A stretch of 64,000 nt of DNA from Escherichia phage Cyrano. The stretch lies in the sequence record OV696614. One strand, 5' to 3'. The stretch's first letter is position 1; every line of letters begins with the position of its first letter. The position numbers and the translations under genes are program-made. The notes beneath the pieces are model-generated. The model ran no database searches. It was not told the origin of the DNA and saw nothing but the letters and a program-made list of their open reading frames with translations. This document shows, in pieces, positions 39,174 to 49,700 of this stretch.

Positions 39174-39181
39174 ACACAATT

Positions 39182-39268
39182 GGAGAGTAGAGAGCATGGT
39201 GCTCAAGCGGTCTTGAAAACCGTCCCATTGCGCAAGCGATGATGGTTCGATTCCATTACTCTCCGCCA
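39182..39268 (+). tRNA. tRNA-Ser (anticodon TGA), long variable arm
   Basis: 87 nt; acceptor GGAGAGT/ACTCTCC, anticodon loop CTTGAAA, long extra arm, T-loop TTCGATT, 3' GCCA. Confidence 0.8.
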
Positions 39269-39269
39269 G

Positions 39270-39349
39270 ACACAGCGTTGAGCGGTTTGGCCTTTTAATC
39301 AACTCGATTAAGACTCCGCTAACATAAACCAGACCGCTCAACGCTGTGA
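39270..39349 (+). repeat. long near-perfect inverted repeat immediately downstream of tRNA cluster
   Basis: CACAGCGTTGAGCGGTTTGG ... CCAGACCGCTCAACGCTGTG (19/20 complementary) separated by ~38 nt. Confidence 0.5.
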
Positions 39350-39424
39350 TAGACAATTACGGCAGACGTTCTTAACCATAGCTTGCTAACATCATAGCAA
39401 CACTTTTTTTTCAGCGCAAAATTC

Positions 39425-39447
39425 AAAGGGGCTTCGGCCCCTTTTTT
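39425..39447 (+). terminator. rho-independent terminator
   Basis: AAAGGGGC-ttcg-GCCCC followed by TTTTTT; a second T8 tract lies at 39403-39410. Confidence 0.6.
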
Positions 39448-39490
39448 GCAACTGAAAGAGTCAAGTCTACGAACTTTGTAGGAAGAAATA

Positions 39491-39841
39491 ATGACCAGCA
39501 AAGAGAACACACCACTAAAAGTCACCTCTGAACACATTGAACAACTCATTCAAAGTGAACATTATTTCACTGCATATGATGCCAGCCACGGGGATAACTT
39601 CATCTCTGTTTACAATTCAAAAACAGATATCGACAAAGGTCATGAGTCGTTAAAACTCTTAACGTTCTGCGTTATGGTTCTCAAAAATGGATATACCGTA
39701 ACGGGAAAATCTGCGTGCGTAAGACCAGAAATCTTCAACTTTGATGTTGGTCGCGAGTACGCTCGAAAAGATGCTGTCGATCAAATCTGGCCCCTGGAAG
39801 GCTATCTCCTGAAGCAAAAGTGGCATGAGGCAAAGCAATGA
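39491..39841 (+). CDS. hypothetical protein
   Basis: 116 aa, AGGAAG RBS. Confidence 0.4.
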   Translation: MTSKENTPLKVTSEHIEQLIQSEHYFTAYDASHGDNFISVYNSKTDIDKGHESLKLLTFCVMVLKNGYTVTGKSACVRPEIFNFDVGREYARKDAVDQIWPLEGYLLKQKWHEAKQ

Positions 39842-40083
39842 CGATCACTATCTACGGACGAGATAACTGCTCATACTGCAAACGTGCGGTCGAGCTGGCG
39901 AGGCAACTAAAGGGACATGGCTACGGTGATTATGAGTACATCGACATCACCACTGCCGGTATCGACAAGAAAAAACTAAGTGAAATTGTTGGTAAACCGG
40001 TAGAGACTATCCCCCAGGTGCTGATCGATGGCCAGCCGATTGGCGGATACACAGAGATGGCATCTTTCGTAAGTTTCTTATAA
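39838..40083 (+). CDS. glutaredoxin-like protein (NrdH/Grx family)
   Basis: 81 aa, CSYC redox motif near N-terminus. Confidence 0.7.
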   Translation: MTITIYGRDNCSYCKRAVELARQLKGHGYGDYEYIDITTAGIDKKKLSEIVGKPVETIPQVLIDGQPIGGYTEMASFVSFL

Positions 40084-40120
40084 GTAAAAGCCACATCTTT
40101 GTACATATAGTACATATAAC

Positions 40121-40145
40121 AAAAAAGGCCCATATGGGCCTTTTT
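40121..40145. terminator. bidirectional rho-independent terminator between convergent genes
   Basis: AAAAAA-GGCCCATATGGGCC-TTTTT. Confidence 0.75.
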
Positions 40146-40164
40146 CATAACTTCTAGCTAACCA

Positions 40165-40311
40165 CTACAGTGGCTTAAAGACCACTTCACCCTTGCGTTC
40201 AGCTTCAGCTTTAGCAGTCATGAATCGTTTGATCATTTCGACTTTGCTAGCATGGATAGTTTTAAAATCAATCTTCCCTTTGTTTTGGGTAGTGTTGTGT
40301 TCGTATCGCAT
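40165..40311 (-). CDS. possible small protein (48 aa)
   Basis: found by hand; GGAG RBS 6 nt upstream of ATG; overlaps 3' end of the 184 aa gene by 44 nt, so uncertain. Confidence 0.2.
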   Translation of the reverse strand: MRYEHNTTQNKGKIDFKTIHASKVEMIKRFMTAKAEAERKGEVVFKPL

Positions 40312-40822
40312 AGGAAGCTCCGTCATTTAAATAAGTTAGGCCACGCTCTTGTGTAAATCTCTTCACATATCTCTTGTATGTGGCCATCAGTTCTTCGCGT
40401 TCTGCCGCAAAGAATAAAATCTGTATGCCTTCATTGTCGGCAACTTTGAGCATTAAGTCAACTAAAGTACCGTAAAGGTATTGAAGTTCACCTAAAGTAA
40501 GATTAAAAGACCCTTCGGGTTTGGCAAATACGTTAATTGGCTCTTCCGCTCCAAGAGCGACATTCTGGAGCTGTTCTTGCTGCCTGTCAAGTTGAATCAT
40601 GTCCACAAAACTAACGACAGATACACACAACCCATAAACATCAGCACCTAACATATTATGCATAGTTTCTGCGGCAACAGGATCTAAAGAAGGAGGGCAA
40701 AAGACTAAACGGTATCTAGCCTTACGAGCTTCATTGCCAGAGAAAACAAAGTCTATATCTAAATATGACAGATCACCCGGCAATGAAGCCAAACCAGGTG
40801 TAACCAACTTATGCAAGTGCAT
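40268..40822 (-). CDS. hypothetical protein
   Basis: 184 aa, divergent from recombinase gene across an AT-rich region. Confidence 0.4.
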   Translation of the reverse strand: MHLHKLVTPGLASLPGDLSYLDIDFVFSGNEARKARYRLVFCPPSLDPVAAETMHNMLGADVYGLCVSVVSFVDMIQLDRQQEQLQNVALGAEEPINVFAKPEGSFNLTLGELQYLYGTLVDLMLKVADNEGIQILFFAAEREELMATYKRYVKRFTQERGLTYLNDGASYAIRTQHYPKQRED

Positions 40823-41089
40823 CTGTCTCGAATCCCTCTTTATTAGTATAAGTTGTCTTATTGTACCCTACCAAACGTTTATATGCATTGTTATGTATTA
40901 TTTTGATTTTCAATATTACCTCCTAGAACGAAGGGTAGATTTCAAAAAACGCATCCTCAATGATTCCATACCTACTATGTATGGAATCATTACTGAAAAT
41001 GAGTTACTTTTACTCTTGATCCTATAAGAATCTATGCCTAATATACTGTTTACTTATACAGTGCATCGGCGTAACTCGGTGATTGTCAT

Positions 41090-42193
41090 ATGAAAAATAG
41101 CTTTGACAGAGCACGCGCTGCGGAGAACACCTCAAAAGAGGCGATTGAGTATCTCGAAAGAGCATCTCAAATGCAGGCCGTTATGATCTCCCAGGTCAGC
41201 AATGACATGAGATTCTCGGACGCATTCATGTTATTCACTCGCTTATCTCTGCTGATAACAAGACGTCGGCCAGAGATCGCTGTTCATTGTATTTTGATAC
41301 ATGTTTTGCCGCACATTGCCGATGTAAAAGTAAGTGATATTAATAGGTTCATGGTGAACCAACTGGTCAACCCACTAATACTGGATGGCAAAATTGTTAT
41401 GGGTCGCCGCGTTTTCTCTCTGATGAAGCAGTTCCTCAGCTGGTGCGCCTTCCAGGGGATGATCGACGTGTCACCGTTAAACGATATGTCACTTAACAAA
41501 GTTGCCGGTGGCGCAAAGCCCACACCTCGCGAGCGGAAGCTAACCGACGCAGAGGTATGGGTGTTCTGGAATATATGGGACTACTTCAATGTGTGTGCTG
41601 GTACAAAATGGGCGGCCAGGCTATGTCTTGTATCCGCAAGACGACCTGACGAAGTACTGCGGGCTAAAAAAAGTGAGTTCAACCTCCAGCGTGGGGTTTG
41701 GAATCAAGGCAAGAGAAACAAATCAGCCCGTGAGCATTCTCTGCCTTTAAGCACATTAATGCGCACATGCATTGAAGAGTTATTCGAATATGGTAAAGGC
41801 AGCCAGTGGCTTGTGCCTTCGAATAAAAAAATCGGGAAAGATCTTCCGATGTCTAAAGTGGCAATAGCCCAGGCATTACGCCGTATCCTGGAACGACCAG
41901 AACTGATGGAGCTTGAGCCATTTACACCACGAGATTTGCGTCGTACTGCGCGTAGTTACTTCCCAGCATTAGGCATAAGCCAGGAGGTATCACGTAAAAT
42001 CATGAACCACAGTCTTGAGGGGATAGATCGGGTCTACGACCGGCACGATTATATGGACGAGATGCGAGACGCCTTAGAAAGTTTCTCGACGTACATCGCA
42101 TCAATCGTAGAGCAACCGGATTTAGACGAAATTGACCACAAATTTAAGGGAGATCGTCTATCAACAGAGCTTATTCGTGTAAATTTTTCATAG
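41090..42193 (+). CDS. tyrosine recombinase / integrase family protein
   Basis: 367 aa; C-terminal catalytic region with R..R and H....Y spacing (PRDLRRTARSY ... NHSLEGIDRVYDRH) typical of tyrosine recombinases. Confidence 0.65.
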   Translation: MKNSFDRARAAENTSKEAIEYLERASQMQAVMISQVSNDMRFSDAFMLFTRLSLLITRRRPEIAVHCILIHVLPHIADVKVSDINRFMVNQLVNPLILDGKIVMGRRVFSLMKQFLSWCAFQGMIDVSPLNDMSLNKVAGGAKPTPRERKLTDAEVWVFWNIWDYFNVCAGTKWAARLCLVSARRPDEVLRAKKSEFNLQRGVWNQGKRNKSAREHSLPLSTLMRTCIEELFEYGKGSQWLVPSNKKIGKDLPMSKVAIAQALRRILERPELMELEPFTPRDLRRTARSYFPALGISQEVSRKIMNHSLEGIDRVYDRHDYMDEMRDALESFSTYIASIVEQPDLDEIDHKFKGDRLSTELIRVNFS

Positions 42194-42574
42194 AGACTTT
42201 ATGGCCTCAACAACCTTTTGTGATGCGCCTTTCTCTTTACCGAATCGCTCGTTATATGCAGCAAGAACCTGTTTTTCGTCCTCGTTAAGAGGAGCAGTGC
42301 CTTCTTTGTATAAAAATGCTGCGAGTTCGGGTTGGCGTTCTTCCAGCACCATCATCATAAGACGACTTGGCTCAATGCCCAGTGCCAGCGCCAGCGGACG
42401 AACCTTATCGATAGGCAAAGGAATTTTGCCGCTTTTAATTAAAGAAAGGTTGTTGGCGTTTTTATACCCAATTGTTTTGGCTATCTGGGCCTGGCTCATA
42501 GGTGAGGATTCAATCAACCCTGCGATAAAAGCAGCGTAGCGACTTTCTATAAATTCAATCTTGTTATCAGACAT
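42188..42574 (-). CDS. HTH (XRE-type) transcriptional regulator, candidate prophage repressor
   Basis: 128 aa; HTH MSQAQIAKTIGYKNANNLSLIKSGK; divergent/convergent arrangement near recombinase; palindrome GGTAAGTGCTTACC 32 bp upstream of its start. Confidence 0.6.
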   Translation of the reverse strand: MSDNKIEFIESRYAAFIAGLIESSPMSQAQIAKTIGYKNANNLSLIKSGKIPLPIDKVRPLALALGIEPSRLMMMVLEERQPELAAFLYKEGTAPLNEDEKQVLAAYNERFGKEKGASQKVVEAIKSL

Positions 42575-42605
42575 GGTTACAACCTTTGCGCGTTCAATTC
42601 TCTCT

Positions 42606-42619
42606 GGTAAGTGCTTACC
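42606..42619. promoter_or_regulatory. candidate operator (perfect palindrome GGTAAGTGCTTACC)
   Basis: perfect 14 bp palindrome in the regulator promoter region; related to dispersed GTAAGTA/TACTTAC motifs elsewhere. Confidence 0.45.
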
Positions 42620-42825
42620 GATATTACATCAAAGGTTAGGGTTGTAAAGCTATTATCATTTTTTTCGATAGGCACTTAAAAGACCGGTTAAAGGCCATTG
42701 CACGGAGAAAAATTAGCCCAAAACAGGTAAGAAAATCAACTTGCATATGATATGAATGTATTCAGTATTGATATAAATTTTAGTAGTATTCCTTACCATA
42801 GTATAAGTTAGAATGGATTGATTGA

Positions 42826-43038
42826 ATGAACACCACTATTTCCAGCCTAATCGCTCTTGAGATCGGACACGTACAGAAATTAGTTGATGAGTGTGTAGCT
42901 GACATCCTCACCGATCTACCGAATGAGCAGATTCAGGTTGGTGTGAATGACACAACTGGATTTATATTCGAACTTAACAACAAACGCTTCACGCTTCTCA
43001 ATACCGGCTCCGGGTCTTTAGCCGTCAGAATCTGTTAA
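42826..43038 (+). CDS. hypothetical small protein
   Basis: 70 aa ORF followed by CTGCGCGAA..TTCGCGCAG hairpin. Confidence 0.3.
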   Translation: MNTTISSLIALEIGHVQKLVDECVADILTDLPNEQIQVGVNDTTGFIFELNNKRFTLLNTGSGSLAVRIC

Positions 43039-43136
43039 CCCCTCTTCTCCCTGCGCGAATGGCTTAGTTCCCTGTTCGCGCAGTGCTACATTAAACACAC
43101 TAGTAAATAATTTGTTTTCATAACAAAGGATTAGCC

Positions 43137-45245
43137 ATGTCTAAAAAACGTTCCATCAAAGAGGTTCAGGACTTCCGTGACAGTGTAAAACGAGTAGTCG
43201 CTCTCCTTTCAGGTAAAAACATCCCTGTTGCAGAACGAGGGGACGACGCTTATGTACGCTATAACGATGATGGAGAGCCAATTCTCGTAAACATCCCATC
43301 AATCCCGGATAACGCAACACCGGCATTGATGAATGCTGTGCGCGGATTTCTCGATCATGAGGTTGCTCACATTTTGTTTACCGATATTCGTGTGTCCAAC
43401 AAAATGAGAGAAAAAGGACGCGTTCCTTCCTGGTCGCTATGGAATGCCTTAGAAGACGTGTTCATCGAGCGAAAAATGGGTCAGGTCTTTAACGGAACAA
43501 GACGTAATCTGATGGCAACTCAGCGCCTTATTATCGAAAAAGTCTTTAAACCAAAGGCTTCAGAGGCTATTGCTTATTGTGGCAAAGATCAGCGCGCGCT
43601 TTTTCTAAACTTCTTTCTCTGTCCGGTTGTAAGAGCCTGGGATGGCCAAGCACCGTTCGTAGATTTCATGGATGAATATTGGCCTGTCATTGAGAAACCA
43701 ATTTCATTATTAAAAGAACATGGTATCGATGTGGCCGTGCGTAACATGTCTTGCACCGAGGATTGTGTAAAGGTGGCTGCGACCATAGCTAAGATCCTCA
43801 AAGACACTGAAAGTGAAAGCAACGGTAAGGAGTCAGCTCCGGGAAAAACTTCCGATCCTTCAGACGCTGACCAGACGGATGCCTCTGGAGAAAACAATGA
43901 AGATAACGAAGATCATGAGACACCCTCAGCGTTAGATAATCACAAATCTATCAAATCAGAATCACACAATAAGCACAAACATGATAATAATGACAGTGAT
44001 GATTTAGATAATTCTGAATCATCAGAAACAATATTCGATGATACAGAAAATGATAAAGAGGTATCAGATTCTGATGCTTCTGATAACGCGGCGTCAGAAT
44101 CATTAACCGCTGACCACGAAAAAAGAAAAACGACAGAAGACGGCTCTTCAGATATTCCAACTCCGTCAAAAATGAGTCTGGAAGAGGCTTTAGAGGAGCT
44201 GGATAGCATAGAAGATGAAGTCGGAGGCATGACAGAAGATGCTCTATCCGAAACGATTAAAAGCGAGTTAACAGAAAGCTCGAAAAGCGAATACAGGCCA
44301 TACAATCGCTCATACGACTTCATCGGCTCGATTGATCAGGCAGAAGCCCATATCAAACGGCTTATTAAAACATTCTCCGATATTGATTTAGGAGGATGTC
44401 CAATCAGCCGCTATCGCATCGTTCCTGAAGGCAACCAGCTCTTCGACAAATATATTGAAAAGCATCTTTCGTCAGGTGTTTCGTCGACGCTGGCAAAAGA
44501 CCTGGAGCGAGCAATAGCAAGCAGAAACAGAGTTCAGTTTATACCGGGCCAGCGTCGGGGGCGCATTCATGGTTCTAGTATCTACAGATTAGCAATGAAT
44601 GATGATCGCGTGTTTCGTAAAAAAGAAGAATCTAAAGCCGTTAACGCCTGTGTTCAACAAGTGATTGATTTATCAGGTTCAATGAGGGGTATAACGATAC
44701 AATTGGCTCTTGCAAGTGCATATACCATCGCCGATGCCCTTGATCGAATAAATGTTCCCAACATTATCACCGGCTTCACTACATTTGGTAGTCATATGGC
44801 GGCAGGAGAACTTAAGGCTGTCAAGTATGAGTTCTCTCGCTTTGAATCTTTAATGCTACCTATCATCAAAAATTGGAATGAAAAGGTAAATTCTCGCGAA
44901 GTTCGCTCACGTATGGGGTGCGTAGGCTACACATTCCCACTTCTTAATAACGTGGATGGTGAAAGCATAGCCAGCCTTGCATCGTTATTTTCCGGTCGCA
45001 TGGAGGACAGGAAGATCATGCTTGTTCTGAGCGATGGCGAGCCGTGGGCTGTTGGGAGAGGTTTTGACGCTCATTTGCGTTCGGTTGCGAAGCAAATTGA
45101 AACGCAGACTGACATTGATTTGATGGCAATTGGCATCATGACTGACGCACCGGAGAGATTTTACTCAAATCATGCCCTGGTAACGAGCGTTGATAGTCTT
45201 GGTTCATCTGTAGTTACTGAACTATCTCGTATCATTTTAAAGTGA
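43137..45245 (+). CDS. vWA-domain protein, CobT-like, with acidic low-complexity linker
   Basis: 702 aa; C-terminal von Willebrand A domain with MIDAS motif DLSGSM; central Asp/Glu/Ser-rich segment; paired with AAA+ gene downstream. Confidence 0.7.
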   Translation: MSKKRSIKEVQDFRDSVKRVVALLSGKNIPVAERGDDAYVRYNDDGEPILVNIPSIPDNATPALMNAVRGFLDHEVAHILFTDIRVSNKMREKGRVPSWSLWNALEDVFIERKMGQVFNGTRRNLMATQRLIIEKVFKPKASEAIAYCGKDQRALFLNFFLCPVVRAWDGQAPFVDFMDEYWPVIEKPISLLKEHGIDVAVRNMSCTEDCVKVAATIAKILKDTESESNGKESAPGKTSDPSDADQTDASGENNEDNEDHETPSALDNHKSIKSESHNKHKHDNNDSDDLDNSESSETIFDDTENDKEVSDSDASDNAASESLTADHEKRKTTEDGSSDIPTPSKMSLEEALEELDSIEDEVGGMTEDALSETIKSELTESSKSEYRPYNRSYDFIGSIDQAEAHIKRLIKTFSDIDLGGCPISRYRIVPEGNQLFDKYIEKHLSSGVSSTLAKDLERAIASRNRVQFIPGQRRGRIHGSSIYRLAMNDDRVFRKKEESKAVNACVQQVIDLSGSMRGITIQLALASAYTIADALDRINVPNIITGFTTFGSHMAAGELKAVKYEFSRFESLMLPIIKNWNEKVNSREVRSRMGCVGYTFPLLNNVDGESIASLASLFSGRMEDRKIMLVLSDGEPWAVGRGFDAHLRSVAKQIETQTDIDLMAIGIMTDAPERFYSNHALVTSVDSLGSSVVTELSRIILK

Positions 45246-45340
45246 ACAAAACAGCCTTAACGATAAGTAACCACTTACGATAGATAATGATATATTTATA
45301 TAAGAAGTTGAACGCTCATTAGAAAACAAAGGAAAAACGC

Positions 45341-46576
45341 ATGACTACTACTGCACTGCAAAATGAAAAAAATCCTTCTGATTACCTTGTTTGCAAGTGG
45401 TGCGGAAAATCATTTCACTATTTTAAGTCCCATGTAGCCAATGGTAATTGCGAGGGCATTCCTGAGTCAGTAAAAGATGCCGATCCTGACACCGTACTGA
45501 AAATGTACACAACACAGTTTCCAGATGAGCCAACGCTATCGAAAAAGGCACTTGATGCAATTCAAGCTAAACGTGCCGAGCAAAAAAGCGAAATGGCCAA
45601 ATCATCTGGCGTGACCAGTAGCCCAGGCTACACAGGCACAGTTGAGTACAAGACAGATCTGGTCGCAGCTCACGAACTGCTAAATGTAACGGTGAAAGAA
45701 CTCGGAACAAAACGTGGGACGCCGCTCATGGTTAGCGTCAACGTCAATACGCCGTTTCCAGAGTTCGTTCCAGAAGTGAAGAAGGGCTACGTATATGGCG
45801 ACTTCGAACTGATCAAAGACATTTTCATGATGCTTGAACTTGGCATACCTGGCTATTTGTGGGGTCATGCAGGAACAGGCAAATCGTCATTGCCTACACA
45901 ACTATGTGCTTTGCTCAATCGTCCGTTGATCCGTGCCCAACATACAGCATCAATGGAAGAGGCACATGTTACGGGGCAAATTCTGGCGCGTGATGGCTCT
46001 ACGTATTTCGAGCCTGGCTTGCTTGCGCTCGCAATGAAGCATGGCTGGGTTTACCTCGCGGATGAATACGACTTTGCGTTTCCACAGATTCTTGGCGTGT
46101 ATCAGCCAGTGCTGGAAGGTGAAGCGTTGGTCATCAAAGAGGCGACTCCAGAATGGCGTCGCATTACTCCGCATGAACGGTTTGCTTTCATTGGCACTGG
46201 CAACACGAACGGATCTGGTGATGAAACCGGCTTGTACCAGGGTACAAACATCCAGAACGCCGCGAACTTTTCGCGTTTTGGCATCGTTTCGAATGTGAAA
46301 TACATGAGCAAAGAGGCAGAGATCAACATGTTGATAAATGCCGGTATCGTGGATGAATACGCAGAAAAGATGGTTAAGTTTGCCGGTATCGTTCGCGATG
46401 GATACGAAGAACACCTTATCAGTCAGCCAATTGGCCCTCGTGAACTTTTGTTGTCGGCCAAGATTGGAATGATGCGAGGCGACTTTGTGACAGGTATTGA
46501 GCGTTCTTTCATTAACAAACTCCCTTCAGCTTCTGCACAAGCGGCTCGTGAAGTTGTTCAAAAAATATTTGGTTGA
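45341..46576 (+). CDS. AAA+ ATPase, MoxR/CobS-like
   Basis: 411 aa; Walker A GHAGTGKSS, Walker B VYLADEYD; immediately downstream of vWA gene. Confidence 0.7.
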   Translation: MTTTALQNEKNPSDYLVCKWCGKSFHYFKSHVANGNCEGIPESVKDADPDTVLKMYTTQFPDEPTLSKKALDAIQAKRAEQKSEMAKSSGVTSSPGYTGTVEYKTDLVAAHELLNVTVKELGTKRGTPLMVSVNVNTPFPEFVPEVKKGYVYGDFELIKDIFMMLELGIPGYLWGHAGTGKSSLPTQLCALLNRPLIRAQHTASMEEAHVTGQILARDGSTYFEPGLLALAMKHGWVYLADEYDFAFPQILGVYQPVLEGEALVIKEATPEWRRITPHERFAFIGTGNTNGSGDETGLYQGTNIQNAANFSRFGIVSNVKYMSKEAEINMLINAGIVDEYAEKMVKFAGIVRDGYEEHLISQPIGPRELLLSAKIGMMRGDFVTGIERSFINKLPSASAQAAREVVQKIFG

Positions 46577-46782
46577 TCGTGCGTAAAGGATGTTTCGGCT
46601 CTCTTATCGCTGCTTCTGAAACTGGTAAGGCTTGTCTGGTATGTCCAGACAAGCCCGATTGTCACCAATCAGCAAAAGAAGTTGCGATTTCGATGTATGG
46701 GAAGTTCGTAGGCTTCCCCAATGACAAAATCAAAAAAACCATAAAGGTAAAAACACATGAAAGCACTGATGGTTCGAACTGA
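46573..46782 (+). CDS. possible small Cys-rich protein
   Basis: 69 aa, CLVCPDKPDC motif, non-ATG start, overlaps dnaE start; weak. Confidence 0.2.
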   Translation: MIVRKGCFGSLIAASETGKACLVCPDKPDCHQSAKEVAISMYGKFVGFPNDKIKKTIKVKTHESTDGSN

Positions 46783-49700
46783 CTTCTCACTTGGGGAGTC
46801 GGCTCTAAAAGCAGAAAACGCGGTGAAGATTGCCAGAGAAGCTGGCTACACCGCTGTAATTTCAGCAGATAGCATGAATATTGCGAGTGTTATTCCACTA
46901 CAACGTGCCGCTGGTGACGACATGGCGGTTATTTGTGGTGTGAAACTAAATATCGTTGATGATCCCACATACGAGCACCGGGCTAAACTTGCTAAAGAAT
47001 CTATGAGATGTATGGAATCATTAGAGCGGGGACGTAACTACTCGTTTACCGCTCTAATTAAAAATGAGCAAGGATATCGCGACATCTGCGAACTAATGAC
47101 GGCGGCCAACACACGAGAACAGTTCTACTTTGTACCGCGTCTCTCGCTCGAACAGTTGGTTTCTACATATGCCAAAGGCAACATCATCCTGCTTACTTCC
47201 GACATCGGTAGCGTGTTCCAACGCAACGATTTTGCAAAAATCATAAGCACACTGATTACAGCGGGTGGAAAAGACAACTTCTATAGTGTGGTTTATCCGC
47301 ACCCTACCCCATTCTACGACCAGATTAACGTCCGGGCGATGAAAGTCGCCAGCGCATTGAAAATAGAGCCAGTGGCGTTCTATCCCGCTTATTACGAATC
47401 GATCGACGATGCAGACATTAAAGACATTGCGCACATGGTTACGAACAACATCAAAATCGACCAGCCGCATCGTCTGCGTATCCCCCACCAGCGAGATAAC
47501 GCCATCAATGGTCGTCGCCATCTCCTTGAGGCGCTTAAAGCCTTCTCCGTTCGCATGGATGTGCCGGTAACAGCTGCAATGGCCTCAACAACGCAGGACT
47601 CCATTATCGATGCCTGCACATGGCGCTGGCATGAATTGCCACCAGCACTGCCCAAGATGGCAGACGACGAACCTGCAACGCTGATGAAACTGGCTGTTGC
47701 AGGGCTGCGTAAACGTCTTACCACAAAAGAGTTTGGATACACACCACCTGCTTCTGAGAACAGGGTTTATGTTGAGCGGCTAAAGTACGAAATGGACACG
47801 CTGACTCGCCTGGGATTCTGTGGTTACTTCCTGATGGTACGCGATCTGATGAATCACAGCCGTGAAACTGGCATTCCTGTCGGGCCTGGTCGTGGTTCCT
47901 CTGCCGGTTCTCTGGTGGCGTGGTGCATAGGCATAACCAACGTCGACCCAATCCGTCACGGTCTTCTGTTTGAGCGTTTCATCAACCCTGAGCGTCTCGA
48001 CTTGCCGGATGCGGACTTGGACTTCAGCCAGGCACGTCGCCATGAGGTGATCGAGTATCTGAATGAACGCTACGGCGAAGATTACGTTGCAGGCATTCCG
48101 AACTTCACCTATCTGGGCGCGGCATCTGCACTACGTGACACCGCTCGTATTTATGGTGTGGAGTCCGCAGATATGGCGGTATCAAAAGAACTGAAGAACG
48201 TCGAGGATGATAGCCTTCCATTGGAAGAGCTGCGCGAACAACTGGCAAGTCTCGACAAATACGCAACAAAATATCCTGATGCATTCAATGCAGCCTGCAA
48301 GTTACAAAGCCTTATGCGTGGCTTTGGTAGACATGCGGCAGGGATGATCGTAGCAGGTGTTCCTCTGACAGAACGTACACCGGTTGAGCGCCGTGGTGAC
48401 GCGCGTTGTATCGCATTTGACAAGCGTTACTGCGAGGCTATGGGCCTAATTAAGCTGGACGTGCTTGGCCTGGCAACTCTCGATTTGCTCGATAGTGCAA
48501 AACGCTACATCAAAGAGAGTACCGGGGAAGACATCAATCTCGACGCTATCCCACTGGACGATCGCAAGGTTCTGGATGGGTTCGCTGCAGGGTACACGCA
48601 GGGCGTATTCCAGCTGGAGTCCGGCCCCATGCGTAAGTTGCTTAAAGATCTGGGCGGTGGCATCGAGCCAATGAGCTTCAAGACCGTTGTCGCCACGACC
48701 GCACTCTTCCGACCAGGCCCGATCCAATCCGGCATGTTGGACGACTATGTCTCCGTGGCCAAAGGCTTCATGGCTCCACATTCAATTCATCCGCGTCTTG
48801 AGGAAGTCACCCGGGAGACTAATGGTGTTTTGCTCTATCAGGAACAAATCATGCAAAGTTCCCGAGTACTTGCCGGGTTCTCTATGGCCGAAGCAGACGC
48901 TCTGCGTTCCGCTATCGGTAAAAAGAACATGGATAAGATGAAAGCGATCGGCAGCGATTTTGTAGAACGAGCACAAGCAGGCTGGGTGACACTGTCACTC
49001 AAAAATGGAGGTACTGTAGAGGTTCACAAACACGCAAAACTGGATTGCTCAGACGGTAAGCGTAGAAGCTACAGCGAGGCTATTAGTGACGGCATAGACT
49101 ACGTGGAGATCGTCTCTGAACAAGAAGGTCTCAGTAAGGAAAAAGCCCAAGAAATATGGGACGCCTTTGAGAAGTTCGGTGGATATGCCTTCAACAAATC
49201 ACACAGTGTTGCTTATTCTTTAATCAGTTATCAGTCTATGTGGCTAAAGACGCACTACCCTGCTGAGTTCTTCGCAGCTGCGCTCACCATTCTGGGCGAG
49301 GATAAGCATCAGGGGCTGGTGAAGGATGCGCTGACCTATGGCATTCGCGTATTGCCACCAGACGTTAATGTGTCATCTAACCGAATTGAGATCCGCACAC
49401 TCGAAGACGGCAGTCAGGCACTGTATGCGCCATTCTCTGCTGTGAAAGGCTGTTCTGAAAATGGTTGTCAGGCAATTATGCGTGCGCGTGAGAAAGTTGG
49501 TGGCAAATTCGAGTCAGTGGCACAATTCGATGAAGCGGTCGAGAAGCGTGCATGTAACAGTCGTGTACGCGAGTCGCTTCATAAAGTAGGGGCTTTTGCG
49601 TCAATTGAGCCAGGCAGTCTGCCAGCAACTGATCCTGAACGACTGCGCGACCAGGCTGAGCTGATGGGCAATCTCATCATTGACGCTGTTAAAGCATCAC

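Noticed and set aside
39021-39268. tRNA cluster as a chromosomal attachment site (attP/attB remnant)
   Set aside because: All three tRNAs are complete and tandemly arranged with their own terminators, and the element carries a plasmid replicon and partition system, so they are more likely element-encoded tRNAs than integration targets.
40734-41027. ORF 40734..41027 (+) in the AT-rich region upstream of the recombinase
   Set aside because: Lies in an AT-rich intergenic control region, overlaps the start of the minus-strand 184 aa gene, and has a hydrophobic low-complexity product.
42201-42539. ORF 42201..42539 on + strand
   Set aside because: Fully antisense to the HTH regulator gene, which has the better RBS, HTH motif and operator context.
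43137-46576. Interpreting the CobS/CobT-like pair as an auxiliary cobalamin biosynthesis module
   Set aside because: No CobN-like large subunit or other cob genes are present in the window and the genes are embedded among DNA metabolism genes; retained instead as a MoxR-vWA pair of unknown role.
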